A stretch of DNA of 64,000 nt from a bacterium (GTDB lineage: Bacteria > UBA8248 > JACPRG01 > G963555815): NCBI GenBank assembly GCA_965218795.1, contig OZ244653.1, positions 1,440,001-1,504,000 on the forward strand, read 5' to 3'. Positions 18,694 through 27,951 of this stretch are shown one piece after another (position 1 is the first letter of the stretch; each line of letters opens with the position of its first letter). A program made the position numbers and the translations under genes. The notes below the pieces were generated by a model that worked only from the letters and a program-made list of their open reading frames with translations, made no database searches and was not told where the DNA came from.

Positions 18694-20930
18694 TTCCCGC
18701 CCCGGACCCCCGGGGAGAGGCTTCGCCCTCTTGCCCTTTGCCCTCAGTCGCCCCGGTGGAACAGGCGCGTTTCATCAACGGGGACCACTCCGATCCTCAC
18801 GGCATTCTGGGCGCTCATCCCGCGGAAATGGGCGGATGCTCCGGCGCGGTCATCCGGGTCTTTCATCCGCAGGCGGACGCCGTGGAAGGCCTGCCCCTGG
18901 GCGGGGGGCGAATTCGGCTTCATCGTATCGGGGAAGACGGACTCTTCGAAGGCTTTGCGCCGGACCTGAGCCCTCCCTTCGACTACCGGCTTCGCTTCCG
19001 ACTGCCGGGTGGAGAGGTCTGGGAGCAGGATGATCCATACCGGTTCCCCCCCAGCACCGGAGAGCTCGACCTCCATCTGTTCACCGAGGGGAAACACAAA
19101 CGGTTATGGGATCATATGGGGGCCCATCCCCGAGCCATCGGCGGTGTGGCAGGGGTCGCCTTCGCCGTCTGGGCGCCGAACGCCCGGCGGGTCAGTGTGG
19201 TAGGCGACTTTTGCCAATGGGACGGGCGCCGCCTCCCCATGCGATCGATAGGGGGCATGGGCGTATTCGAGCTTTTTGTGCCGGATCTTTCGCCTGGCGG
19301 ATTCTATAAGTACGAAATCAAATCCCGGGACGGCAAGATTCGACTTAAAACGGACCCATTCGCATTTTTCATGGAGAGAGCGCCCGGAACGGCATCCGTC
19401 GTATTCGAATCCGATTACGAATGGGGCGATGGGCAGTGGGTCTCAAACCGGCGGACGATCAATTGGGCGAAGGAGCCGCTGGCGATCTACGAAGCCCACC
19501 TGGAATCCTGGGACCGTGTCGCGGAGGAAGGCCGCCGACTCCTCAACTACCGGGAAATGGCGGCGCGAATCGTCTCTCATGTCAAACGCCTGGGGTTTAC
19601 CCACATCGAGCTGCTTCCGATTGCCGCCCATCCCTTCTCGGGCTCCTGGGGTTATCAGGTCACCGGCTATTATGCGCCGACGGCGCGACATGGGACGCCC
19701 GACGATTTTCGATTTTTTGTGGACCATTGCCACCAGAACGGAATCGGCGTGATCCTCGATTGGGTTCCGGCCCACTTCCCCAAAGACGACTTTGCGCTGG
19801 CAAGGTTCGACGGAACGGCCTTGTACGAGCACGAGGATCCCCTCCTGGGGCAACATCCCGATTGGGGGACGTACATCTTCAATTACGGCCGGAATGAGGT
19901 CCGGAACTTCCTCATCGCGAACGCGCTGTACTGGCTGGATGAATTCCACGTGGACGGTCTTCGGGTGGATGCCGTGACCTCGATGCTCTACCTCGATTAC
20001 AGCCGGAAAGAGGGCGAGTGGCGCCCGAACCGGTTCGGAGGGCGAGAGAACCTGGAAGCCGTGGATTTCCTGAAGGAGCTGAATGAGACCATAGGCGCCG
20101 TGTATCCGGGATGTATTTCCATCGCCGAGGAATCGACCGCCTGGCCCGGCGTGACCCGGCCCGTCGGGGAGGGAGGGCTCGGATTCACGTTCAAGTGGAA
20201 CCTGGGCTGGATGCACGATACGCTCCACTATTTCTCCAAGGATCCGGTCCACCGGCGCTACCACCATGACCGGATCACATTTGCCATGCTGTACGAATAC
20301 GGCGAGCGTTTCGTCATGCCCCTTTCCCACGACGAAGTCGTCCACGGGAAAGGATCGCTTCTGGAGAAGATGCCGGGCGATTCCTGGCAACGGTTCGCCA
20401 ATCTCAGGCTGCTCCTGACGTACCAGTACACTCGCCCGGGCAAGAGCCTTCTTTTCATGGGAACGGAGCTGGCGCCGGAGGAAGAATGGAACCATGACGC
20501 CGGTCTGGATTGGGGCTTGCTGAAAGATCCGTCAAGGGCGGCCTTTTCCCGTTTTATCGAGGTTCTCGGCCGGACCTACAGGGAGCTCCCCGCATTCTGG
20601 ATGCTGGACCATGTTCCGGAAGGTTTTCAGTGGATCGACTGCCAGGACCGTGAAAACTCGGTCTTCTCTTACATCCGGCGCGCCGAAGGCGAGACCCTGC
20701 TCGTTGTCCTCAATTTGACACCGGCGCCGCGCGACGCTTACCGCATCGGCGCCCCCCTTCCCGGGCGGTACGTCCAGCTGCTATCGACGGACGACCCGGC
20801 CTTTGGCGGAAGCGGGTATGAAACCCGCCCCGATGTGGGTACCGATCCTCAGGGCTGGCACGGATTTCCGCAATCGCTGGAATTGACTCTCCCGCCCCTC
20901 AGCGGTCTTATCCTTTCCCGCGCGCCCTGA
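18690..20930 (+). CDS. glgB: 1,4-alpha-glucan branching enzyme
   Basis: FAVWAPNARRVSVVGDF, SWGYQVTGYYAP, DWVPAHFP, DGLRVDAV, IAEEST, PLSHDEVVHGK; ATGA overlap with glgX. Confidence 0.97.
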   Translation: MIPAPDPRGEASPSCPLPSVAPVEQARFINGDHSDPHGILGAHPAEMGGCSGAVIRVFHPQADAVEGLPLGGGRIRLHRIGEDGLFEGFAPDLSPPFDYRLRFRLPGGEVWEQDDPYRFPPSTGELDLHLFTEGKHKRLWDHMGAHPRAIGGVAGVAFAVWAPNARRVSVVGDFCQWDGRRLPMRSIGGMGVFELFVPDLSPGGFYKYEIKSRDGKIRLKTDPFAFFMERAPGTASVVFESDYEWGDGQWVSNRRTINWAKEPLAIYEAHLESWDRVAEEGRRLLNYREMAARIVSHVKRLGFTHIELLPIAAHPFSGSWGYQVTGYYAPTARHGTPDDFRFFVDHCHQNGIGVILDWVPAHFPKDDFALARFDGTALYEHEDPLLGQHPDWGTYIFNYGRNEVRNFLIANALYWLDEFHVDGLRVDAVTSMLYLDYSRKEGEWRPNRFGGRENLEAVDFLKELNETIGAVYPGCISIAEESTAWPGVTRPVGEGGLGFTFKWNLGWMHDTLHYFSKDPVHRRYHHDRITFAMLYEYGERFVMPLSHDEVVHGKGSLLEKMPGDSWQRFANLRLLLTYQYTRPGKSLLFMGTELAPEEEWNHDAGLDWGLLKDPSRAAFSRFIEVLGRTYRELPAFWMLDHVPEGFQWIDCQDRENSVFSYIRRAEGETLLVVLNLTPAPRDAYRIGAPLPGRYVQLLSTDDPAFGGSGYETRPDVGTDPQGWHGFPQSLELTLPPLSGLILSRAP

Positions 20931-20931
20931 A

Positions 20932-23115
20932 GTGAGATCTGCACGCACAAACCTCGGAAGGCTCTCCCGACGCCTTGGAATCGTTGACGAATTCACGGAC
21001 ATCCTCGAGCGGCGGCGCCGCAAAACGTCCGATGAGACCCGGGTCGCCCTGTTGGCGGCAATGGGCTTCGACGGAACCAGCGAAAGAAAGGCGGCGGAGG
21101 CGCTCGCCGGACTGGAGCGGGAAGAGCGAACCCGAATCCTTCCGCCCGTTCTGGTTGCAAGACAAGGAGGCCGGGCGGCGGAACAAGCCGTTCTGAGGCT
21201 CCCGGACGAGTTTTCCGGCGCCTGCGGATGGCGTCTGGATCTCCGGAAAGAGGATGGAGAGACCTCCCGTCGGACGGGACGGATATCCAGGAGAGGCTCC
21301 TCCCGGACGGTATCCATTCCCCTCCCCCGCCGGTTAACGCCGGGATACCACTCCCTGCGCGTCGAAGTCTCCACCCCGGGACGCGGCGGCCAAAGCGCTG
21401 AGCAGACGCTGATCGTGACTCCGGGAAAATGCTTCACGCTTGAAGAGGCAACGAGAGGAAAGCGCGGGTTTGGGATCTGGGCGAACCTTTATTCGGTCCG
21501 GAGCCGGCGGGATTGGGGCGCGGGCGACCTGACCGACCTCGGCGCGTTGTGCAGGGAAGCGGCCCGGAACGGCGCCTGGTTCGTCGGCTTCAACCCGCTG
21601 CACGCCACCCGAAACCAGGGTCGCGACATCAGCCCCTACAGCCCGGTCAGCCGGATTTACCGGAATCCGTTGTACCTGGACCCGGAGACCATCCCCGAAT
21701 GGTCAGAAAGCGCCGAGGCCCGGCGGTTGTACTCGAGCCCGGGTTTCAATGGAAGGCTCGATACACTGCGCAGTCAAAAAGGCGTCGCGTATCAGCGCGT
21801 CATGGAATTGAAACTTCGAGTCCTGGAGGCGCTTTTCAGAACCTTCGAAAAGCGGCGCGGCGATGAGAGATCGCGAAGAGGAAAGCGATTCATGAGGTAT
21901 CTGGCGGCCGAGGGACGGAACCTGATCGACTTCGCGACCTTCTGCTCGATGGAAGAAACCTTACGCCGAAAGGGCTTTACCGCCGATTGGCGGGCTTGGC
22001 CTCCACAGTACCGTGACCCGCTGTCCCCCGAAGTTCGCCGGTTTCGTGAACGGCATGAACGCCGGATCCGGTTCTTTTGCTATTTACAGTTCGAGATGGA
22101 TCGACAACTGGAGCAGGTGAAGGAAAAGGCGCGCAAGGCAGGTCTGACGATCGGTCTCTTCCAGGATCTCGCGCTCGGCGTTTCCCCGAGTGGGAGCGAC
22201 GCCTGGTCCCGGCCTCGCCTTTTCGCCGGCGCCGCAAGGCTCGGCGCGCCTCCGGACAGTTATTCGAGGGCCGGCCAAAACTGGGACTTGCCGCCCGTCG
22301 ACCCCCGCCGCCTGAGGACGTGCAGGTACGGATACTGGAGGGACGTTCTGCGTTCAACGTTCGACCGCTCGGGAGCGGTTCGAATCGATCACATTATCGG
22401 GCTTCGTCACCAGTACTGGATCCCCGAGGGGCGTTCCCCGGTTGACGGAGCCTACGTGCGCCAGCCCGCAGACGATCTGCTGGGCATATTGGCCCTGGAG
22501 AGCCGTCGGCAAAAGGCGATCGTCATCGGGGAGGACCTGGGAACCGTTCCCCGGGGCCTCCAGTCCCTGCTGGCGCGATGGGGGATCATCTCGTCCCGTC
22601 TCCTTTATTTCGAACGGTCCCGCCGCGGCACGGTCAAACCGGCCGCCGGAATCACAAACCGGGCGCTCCTTTGCGTCCATAACCATGACTTGCCGCCGCT
22701 GGCCGGCTATTGGAGCGGAGCGGACCTCCGCCTTCGCGGAAAGTGCGGGCAATTTGAAACGGATGAGGCGCGGAGCGAAGCAGGAATCGACCGCCTGAAA
22801 TGGAAAAAAGCCCTTCTCAGGAGGCTTCGGGCCGAGGGGCTCTGGAGCGATGGATTGGATCCAAACAGTTCCGAGGACGTTTTAGCGGCGGTCCACAGCT
22901 TTCTTTGCAAGACCCGGGCGCCCATCATCGGGATTTCGCTCGATGATCTGGCCCGGGAGTCGTCGCCCGTCAACCTTCCGGGCGTTCCGCCGGAGCGGTA
23001 CGGAAACTGGTCCCGCAAAATGAGCCGACGCCTGACCGAGATCCTCCGGGACCCGTTCACGCGCAAGACATTCCGCGGCCTCCGCGAAAACCTTCAATCG
23101 GGGCAGCGGAAATGA
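20932..23115 (+). CDS. malQ: 4-alpha-glucanotransferase (amylomaltase, GH77)
   Basis: LYSVRS..WGAGD, SPYSPVSR, DLALGV, GAPPD...GQNW, RIDHIIG, IGEDLGTVP, HNHDLPP, VNLPG..NWSRK. Confidence 0.96.
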   Translation: MRSARTNLGRLSRRLGIVDEFTDILERRRRKTSDETRVALLAAMGFDGTSERKAAEALAGLEREERTRILPPVLVARQGGRAAEQAVLRLPDEFSGACGWRLDLRKEDGETSRRTGRISRRGSSRTVSIPLPRRLTPGYHSLRVEVSTPGRGGQSAEQTLIVTPGKCFTLEEATRGKRGFGIWANLYSVRSRRDWGAGDLTDLGALCREAARNGAWFVGFNPLHATRNQGRDISPYSPVSRIYRNPLYLDPETIPEWSESAEARRLYSSPGFNGRLDTLRSQKGVAYQRVMELKLRVLEALFRTFEKRRGDERSRRGKRFMRYLAAEGRNLIDFATFCSMEETLRRKGFTADWRAWPPQYRDPLSPEVRRFRERHERRIRFFCYLQFEMDRQLEQVKEKARKAGLTIGLFQDLALGVSPSGSDAWSRPRLFAGAARLGAPPDSYSRAGQNWDLPPVDPRRLRTCRYGYWRDVLRSTFDRSGAVRIDHIIGLRHQYWIPEGRSPVDGAYVRQPADDLLGILALESRRQKAIVIGEDLGTVPRGLQSLLARWGIISSRLLYFERSRRGTVKPAAGITNRALLCVHNHDLPPLAGYWSGADLRLRGKCGQFETDEARSEAGIDRLKWKKALLRRLRAEGLWSDGLDPNSSEDVLAAVHSFLCKTRAPIIGISLDDLARESSPVNLPGVPPERYGNWSRKMSRRLTEILRDPFTRKTFRGLRENLQSGQRK

Positions 23116-23337
23116 CTCCCCCCGGGCGCGCGGGTTTTCTCAAATGATCGACGCCCACGGGAAACGAAATACCGATGATTCGGAAACGGCGCATGGCCCC
23201 GGTCCCGGCTTTCCCGCGCCTCACGGCCGGACCCGCAAGTCACGTCCAAACCGGGATGGCGCAGGTTGCACTGGGCGGGATTCCGACCAGGGTCGGTACC
23301 GACCTGAAAGGCTCGAACGGCAGATGGGGGTTCCGGT

Positions 23338-25314
23338 TCAACGGGGCGCGCCCAGAGTCCCTACAAGCGCAACCGCCAGCCCAGCAGCGCGCCTTGCTCG
23401 GGAGGACCGGTCTCGCTTTCGCGGCGCTCGACCTCCAGGCACAGAGAGATCCCCGGGCCGATCGCCAGACGACTGCCCAGGCGCCAGCTTCGCGAGTCCC
23501 CGTCGGTCAGCGTCAGACCGACATAGGGCGTGACCAGACCATGCCCGCCGAGCGCGCCGAGACCATAGCCGATCTCCGCGTCCAGACGCGCCGCCCGTCC
23601 ACAACCGGTCCACCCCCCTCGACGCTTGACCGTATGAGGGCGCCAGCTGGATCGACAGACCGCGCCCCGCCGCGCCCGGACTCAGACGCAGCGCCCCGCC
23701 CACGCCCCAATCATCGTAGCCGCGCTCTCGGTGCGTCAGCAAAACGCGGCCGCTTCCCTCCACCGTCAGCCCCAGCGACGGATCGGAGAAGCGCAGGCGA
23801 CCGCCCGTCTCCATGCCGGCGCCCGTCTCGGCGTCGCCGGCGTCATGGCGCACCCCCAGTTCCAACGTGGGCGTCAGCCGCGCCCCCGAGGCCAGCGCGT
23901 GATCGTAGGAGCCCTCCAGGGCCAGACGCAGGCGCTGGGCGTTTACGTCCACCGCCGTCAGACCCGGCACGCCCGCCGACTCGATCCACATGGCGAAGGC
24001 GTCCGCCTTGGCGGCCAACGCGGCCTTGCCCAGCGACATCAACTCCTGGCGACCGCCCAGCGCGGCCATCCGCATCTTGATGTCCGTCTCGACCCGCCCG
24101 GCCTTGTCCTCCAGCTCCATGTCGCCCCACCCGAAGCCCGCGATGGCCCAGACGGTCAGCCCCTCCCGCGACGACAGGCGCGCATAGGGATGCACGCTCG
24201 TCAGCGTCGCGGTCGCCTCGCCCGCGCCGTTGGCGAGACCCCGGAAGCCCCCCTCGCCCTCGTTGCGGGACACCGCGAGACCCGTCAGCAAATGCTCCCA
24301 GGCGTAGTCGATGCCGATATGGCCCGAGAGCACGTCGCCGTCCAGAGAGAGATCGCCCTCCCGACCCTTGAAGCCGGCGATGCCGGCCCGGCCCCACACG
24401 CTCCAACCGCCGGAACCGTCGGCCAGGGCAAGCTCGATAGAGCTCCTCGCCAGGACCTCCCGCTCCGACGGCCCGTCCGACGGCCCGTCCGACGGCTCGC
24501 GCGACAGTGTGGGTTCCAGGGAAACCAGAGCTCCGATCCCCTCCCGCTCCGACGGCCCGCGCGACTCCGCCGCCCGCCCGGCCGCGCGCGGCCCGAATGA
24601 CGGCGCCAAAGGGATCGGCCGATCGGCGATCGTGATCCGGGTCGCGGCCGGCGATGGCGAGGCGTCGAAGCGCTCGCCGATCAGGTTCAGCGCGTTGTTC
24701 GCCGCCGTCCGCCCGAAACGCACCAGCCAGTGCTCCGCCACCCGGTGGCGCGCGGCGCCCTCCCTGTCCGTGACCCGGACCGTCACCGCGGCGGCGGATA
24801 CGCCGTCATAGCCGCCGCCGCTCGCTTCGTGGTCGATGACGACCGCCTCCCCGGTTATGTCGTCGTCCTCGACGCCGTGAACGGTGACCGTCTCCGACGT
24901 GTTCCAGTCGTCCGGAGTAAAGGTCAGGACCGCCGGCGACACCGATACCGCGCCGGGATCCCTGCTCGTCAGCCGGACCGTGACCTCGCCCGCGGGCATG
25001 AGCTCCAGCTTCATCGTGTAGGTCTTGCTGTCGCCCTCCCTCATCTTCAGCGTGCTCGGGACCAATATGGCCCAATTGACAACGACCATCCGAAAGTCCT
25101 GCCGGGCGCATGCGCCGCGGGGGTCGCACGCCTCCAGCCTGCCGGTCGTCTCGCCCGTCGAAAACCCGGTCATCGTCAACGGAGGGCTCGAGGTCTCGGC
25201 GGTGGCGATGGTGGGGTCGCTCACGTCCACCACGACGTAGGTCAGCGGGTCGCCGTCCGGGTCGTAGAAGTAGGGCGTGGAGTCGATCGTACGGGACGTG
25301 TCCACCAGCAGCAC
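23338..25314 (-). CDS. Autotransporter beta-barrel-containing fragment (part of the pseudogene)
   Basis: WLVRFGRTAA, WSVWGRAG, LTSVHPYAR, RLRLALEGS, LTPTLELGVRHDAGDAETGAG. Confidence 0.6.
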   Translation of the reverse strand: MLLVDTSRTIDSTPYFYDPDGDPLTYVVVDVSDPTIATAETSSPPLTMTGFSTGETTGRLEACDPRGACARQDFRMVVVNWAILVPSTLKMREGDSKTYTMKLELMPAGEVTVRLTSRDPGAVSVSPAVLTFTPDDWNTSETVTVHGVEDDDITGEAVVIDHEASGGGYDGVSAAAVTVRVTDREGAARHRVAEHWLVRFGRTAANNALNLIGERFDASPSPAATRITIADRPIPLAPSFGPRAAGRAAESRGPSEREGIGALVSLEPTLSREPSDGPSDGPSEREVLARSSIELALADGSGGWSVWGRAGIAGFKGREGDLSLDGDVLSGHIGIDYAWEHLLTGLAVSRNEGEGGFRGLANGAGEATATLTSVHPYARLSSREGLTVWAIAGFGWGDMELEDKAGRVETDIKMRMAALGGRQELMSLGKAALAAKADAFAMWIESAGVPGLTAVDVNAQRLRLALEGSYDHALASGARLTPTLELGVRHDAGDAETGAGMETGGRLRFSDPSLGLTVEGSGRVLLTHRERGYDDWGVGGALRLSPGAAGRGLSIQLAPSYGQASRGVDRLWTGGASGRGDRLWSRRARRAWSGHALCRSDADRRGLAKLAPGQSSGDRPGDLSVPGGRAPRKRDRSSRARRAAGLAVALVGTLGAPR

Positions 25315-26798
25315 TGCGGCAGGATATCGCCCACCGCCACAGGCGGCCTGTTGGCTCTGGCTTTGGAGCGGCCCCTGCCCCGTTCTTCGCCCGGACCTGC
25401 ACCTCGTAGGCGGTGTCGGTCTCCAGGCCGCTTATCGTGGTCGTGGTCGTCGTGCCGGTGAAGGGGTGCGGCGTCCACACGGTAGAACCCTGCTTCCGAT
25501 ACTGCACGTCGTAGTCGGTGATGGGCGACCCGGTGTTGACCGGCGGTCTCCACCGCACCCCCACGCTCGTCAAGGACGCCCCCGTCACCGACGGAGCGGC
25601 AGGCCTGCCGGGCACAACGCGTCGTTGTCCGTTATGGTCACCTCCGCGGTAGCACGGCCCACCAAGACCTGGCGGGACGTCGAGCCAGAGACCAAGGGCG
25701 CGCCCAGGGTTATCTGGAAGCTCTCCAGGTTCTCGTGATCTTGGTCGTCCAGGATGTTTATCTCGATGGTCGCCTCCGTCTGTCCGGGCGCGAAGGTGAC
25801 TGTGCCGGAGCTGGGTGAGTATTCGTGCCCCGACGCTCCGCCGCCCGAGTCGTCACCGGTGGTCCACGGCACATTGACCGTACCGTTCACGGACAAGGTG
25901 AGCCTGACCGGCAACTGCACGCTGGAACCCTCTGTCACCGAACCTTCCGGATCGTAGATGGAGACGAAGACCGGATCATCGTCGACGATCGTCCCGGTCC
26001 CGGCGACGATCCTGAACGCGCCTCCGGGTCTAAACTGTCCGTCAAAGTAACTCCAGGGCGCCACACCGGGCGAGACGCTGAGCCCCACCGTGAAGGTCTC
26101 ATCCGCTTCCGCGACCGCGTCCTGCGTGGTGGGCACCGTGAAGGTCTTGACCTCCCCGACCTTGCCTTCGAAGATGAGGGAGGCCGTGTTCGCGGTGTAG
26201 TCGGCGGCCGACAAGCCGGAGAAGGTCGGCGTCGCCGTGAACGTCAACATCCCGCCCTCGTCCACGCGCGCGTCCGAAACCGTTATGGTCGCCTGGTCGT
26301 CGTTGCGCATTTTGATGAACAGATATAGTACAGCACCGGGGGCGTAGAAATTCATTTTATATTCTTCGTCATGCTCCACCACGTCGTCCTCGACGCTTTG
26401 CAACGTCACGGTATGTTGCTCGTCCTTCCGGCTGAAGACGAAGCTCGTATCTATGGCCTTAAATTCGGTACTCTCGGCCCCGACGCAACACTCACCATAT
26501 CTAGGCGAGCCTAGCTTGGTCTTCACCCGGCCAGTCATATAGGTTCGGTCACATCTCCTGTCCGCGTGATGGTGACGGTTTGCGATGAGCCTTCCGGGGT
26601 CGTAAAGGTTTCTACTCTCCACCCTCCGCCACTTTCCGAATAGGCGCCGACGCTCGTCGGAAGCGCCGCCAGGGCGGCCGCCCCGATCAGGAAAACCGCC
26701 ACCGTACTGCGGGCGGCCTTGACGAAGGCATCGAGACCCTGAAGAGCGGACGCTGTGGCAGGCCAAAACGCTGAATGGCGCTTCCTGAGGAAGGGCAT
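23361..26798 (-). pseudogene. Frameshifted Calx-beta / FN3 / Ig-like passenger plus autotransporter beta-barrel adhesin gene
   Basis: Pieces in different frames: signal peptide (26798-26540), Calx-beta repeats (26540-25615), FN3 (PGRPAAP..PITDYDVQYR..YEVQVRAKN), NRPPVAVG, YFYDPDGDPLTY, barrel; the true C-terminus EIGYG..VTPY..GWRLRL* is in yet another frame ending 23361. Confidence 0.85.
25585..26540 (-). CDS. Calx-beta domain fragment (part of the pseudogene)
   Basis: EDDVVEHDE, TQDAVAEADETFTVGL, GTIVDDD, SGTVTFAPGQTEATIEINILDDQDHENLESFQITL. Confidence 0.6.
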
Positions 26799-26865
26799 TG
26801 TTTGCTCCTTCGATGACTGGTTCTACTCATTGAGGATCAAGCCATGAGTTTCCTCTTACATTTAG

Positions 26866-26883
26866 ATGCAAGATCTGTGCCAA
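26866..26883 (-). promoter_or_regulatory. sigma54 (RpoN) -24/-12 promoter of the autotransporter gene
   Basis: Minus strand TTGGCACAGATCTTGCAT = TGGCAC-N5-TTGCA consensus, about 70 bp upstream of ATG 26798 (AAGGAG RBS). Confidence 0.8.
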
Positions 26884-26909
26884 AATATCCAGGAAGACCC
26901 TGAACCGTT

Positions 26910-27070
26910 TTCATTCAATCAGTTATGAGAAAACGCCCTGGATATCCGCATCGTCCGCAAGCGTTGCAAAATGTAACGGCCGGGGGCCGATCGGAAGGCC
27001 GGGACAGGAAACCAAATCGTTTGATTACAATGGGTTATGTGATAGCAGGAGGGAATTCGCATTTTGCGAT
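26910..27070. promoter_or_regulatory. Candidate enhancer-binding-protein sites and IHF sites upstream of the sigma54 promoter
   Basis: Palindromes GTTGCA-AAA-TGTAAC (26963-77) and TCGCA-TTT-TGCGA (27057-69); IHF-like AATCAGTTAT (26917) and AAATCGTTTGATTA (27014). Confidence 0.5.
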
Positions 27071-27110
27071 ACGAACGGCATTCTGCGACGGGCGGCGCGG
27101 TTCAAGGCTG

Positions 27111-27670
27111 GACGGGCCGCGAGAGAAGGACCTGAACGCGCACCTGAAGACGCCTCGTCACGCGGCCCATGTTCTGTCATTCCTGCGGAAGCAGGAATCC
27201 AGGGGGCTGGCTGGCAGGCTGCAACAGGAATCCAGGCAACACGAGACGGGCCGCGAGAGAAGGACCTGAACGCGCGCCTGAAGACGCCTCGTCAAGACGC
27301 CTCGTCAAGCGATCCTTTTCCTGGATTCCTGCTTCCGCAGGAATGACAGGCTGTTGTACGGGGGCCTCGTTTGTCATTCCCGCTGGCCTGCCCCCGAATG
27401 TCTTCGTCGGGGGACAGAGAGGGAGGAGCCGCGGCAACGGCGGAGAAGAAGGTGAAGATGACCGTTTACGCATCTTGCTTGCGACTTCCTCTCTGGATTC
27501 CTGCTGGAGCCTGTCCTCGAAGGCTTTTATCGGGGGCGGGAATGACCGGGTTGGAGGTCACGCGGCCCATGTTCGTCATTCCCGCGAAAGCGGGAATCGC
27601 AGGCAGCGCGCGGGACGGGCTGCGAGAGAAGGGCCTGAAAGCGTACCTGAAGACGCCTCGCCAAGACGCC
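27111..27670. repeat. Mosaic of REP/dRS3-like palindromes and a thrice-repeated 50-bp spacer
   Basis: Exact 30-bp inverted pair 27174-27203/27320-27349; further copies at 27373, 27493 and 27575 (ATTCCC-N8-GGGAAT); GACGGGCCGCGAGAGAAGGACCTGAACGCGCACCTGAAGACGCCTCGTCA variants at 27111, 27245 and 27614. Confidence 0.88.
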
Positions 27671-27671
27671 T

Positions 27672-27774
27672 CGTCGAGTTCTACAACAGCGAGCGTCCTC
27701 ATCAGGGCGGCCGCCCCATCGACACGGTCAGGAAGTTTATCCAACCTGTGCGGAATAAAGCCTGGTCATACACA
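27672..27774 (+). mobile_element. IS481-family transposase C-terminal remnant with right end
   Basis: VEFYNSERPHQG-GRPIDTV (IS481 tail YNxERPHQGYRNMGRRPIDT with an internal deletion); terminates in ..TCATACACA (IS481 ends in ACA). Confidence 0.55.
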
Positions 27775-27951
27775 CTTGCCATTCAGTCTTCCTGCCGGTC
27801 ATTCCCGAAAACGAAAGGCTCTGCACAGCGCGTTGCGCCGGGCGTGAGAGAGTCAGCCGGCTCCATGTGTTCGAGGCGCTCGTTTACATCTTCTCAAATT
27901 GTGCTAACTTAATGCTTTTCATCTCCTTGAGCGTATCTCACGAATCCAGGG

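Noticed and set aside
24462-24495. Short tandem repeat CCGACGGCCCGT (SDGP repeats) as a phase-variation tract
   Set aside because: The 12-bp unit is in frame and low-copy, and does not coincide with any of the frameshifts
27111-27670. CRISPR array
   Set aside because: Repeats alternate in orientation, spacing is irregular, the intervening sequences themselves repeat, and there are no cas genes
26925-27912. ORFs 26925-27269, 27169-27912 and 27371-27847
   Set aside because: Translations of repeat DNA (SFLRKQES, WIPASAGMT are typical REP-derived peptides)
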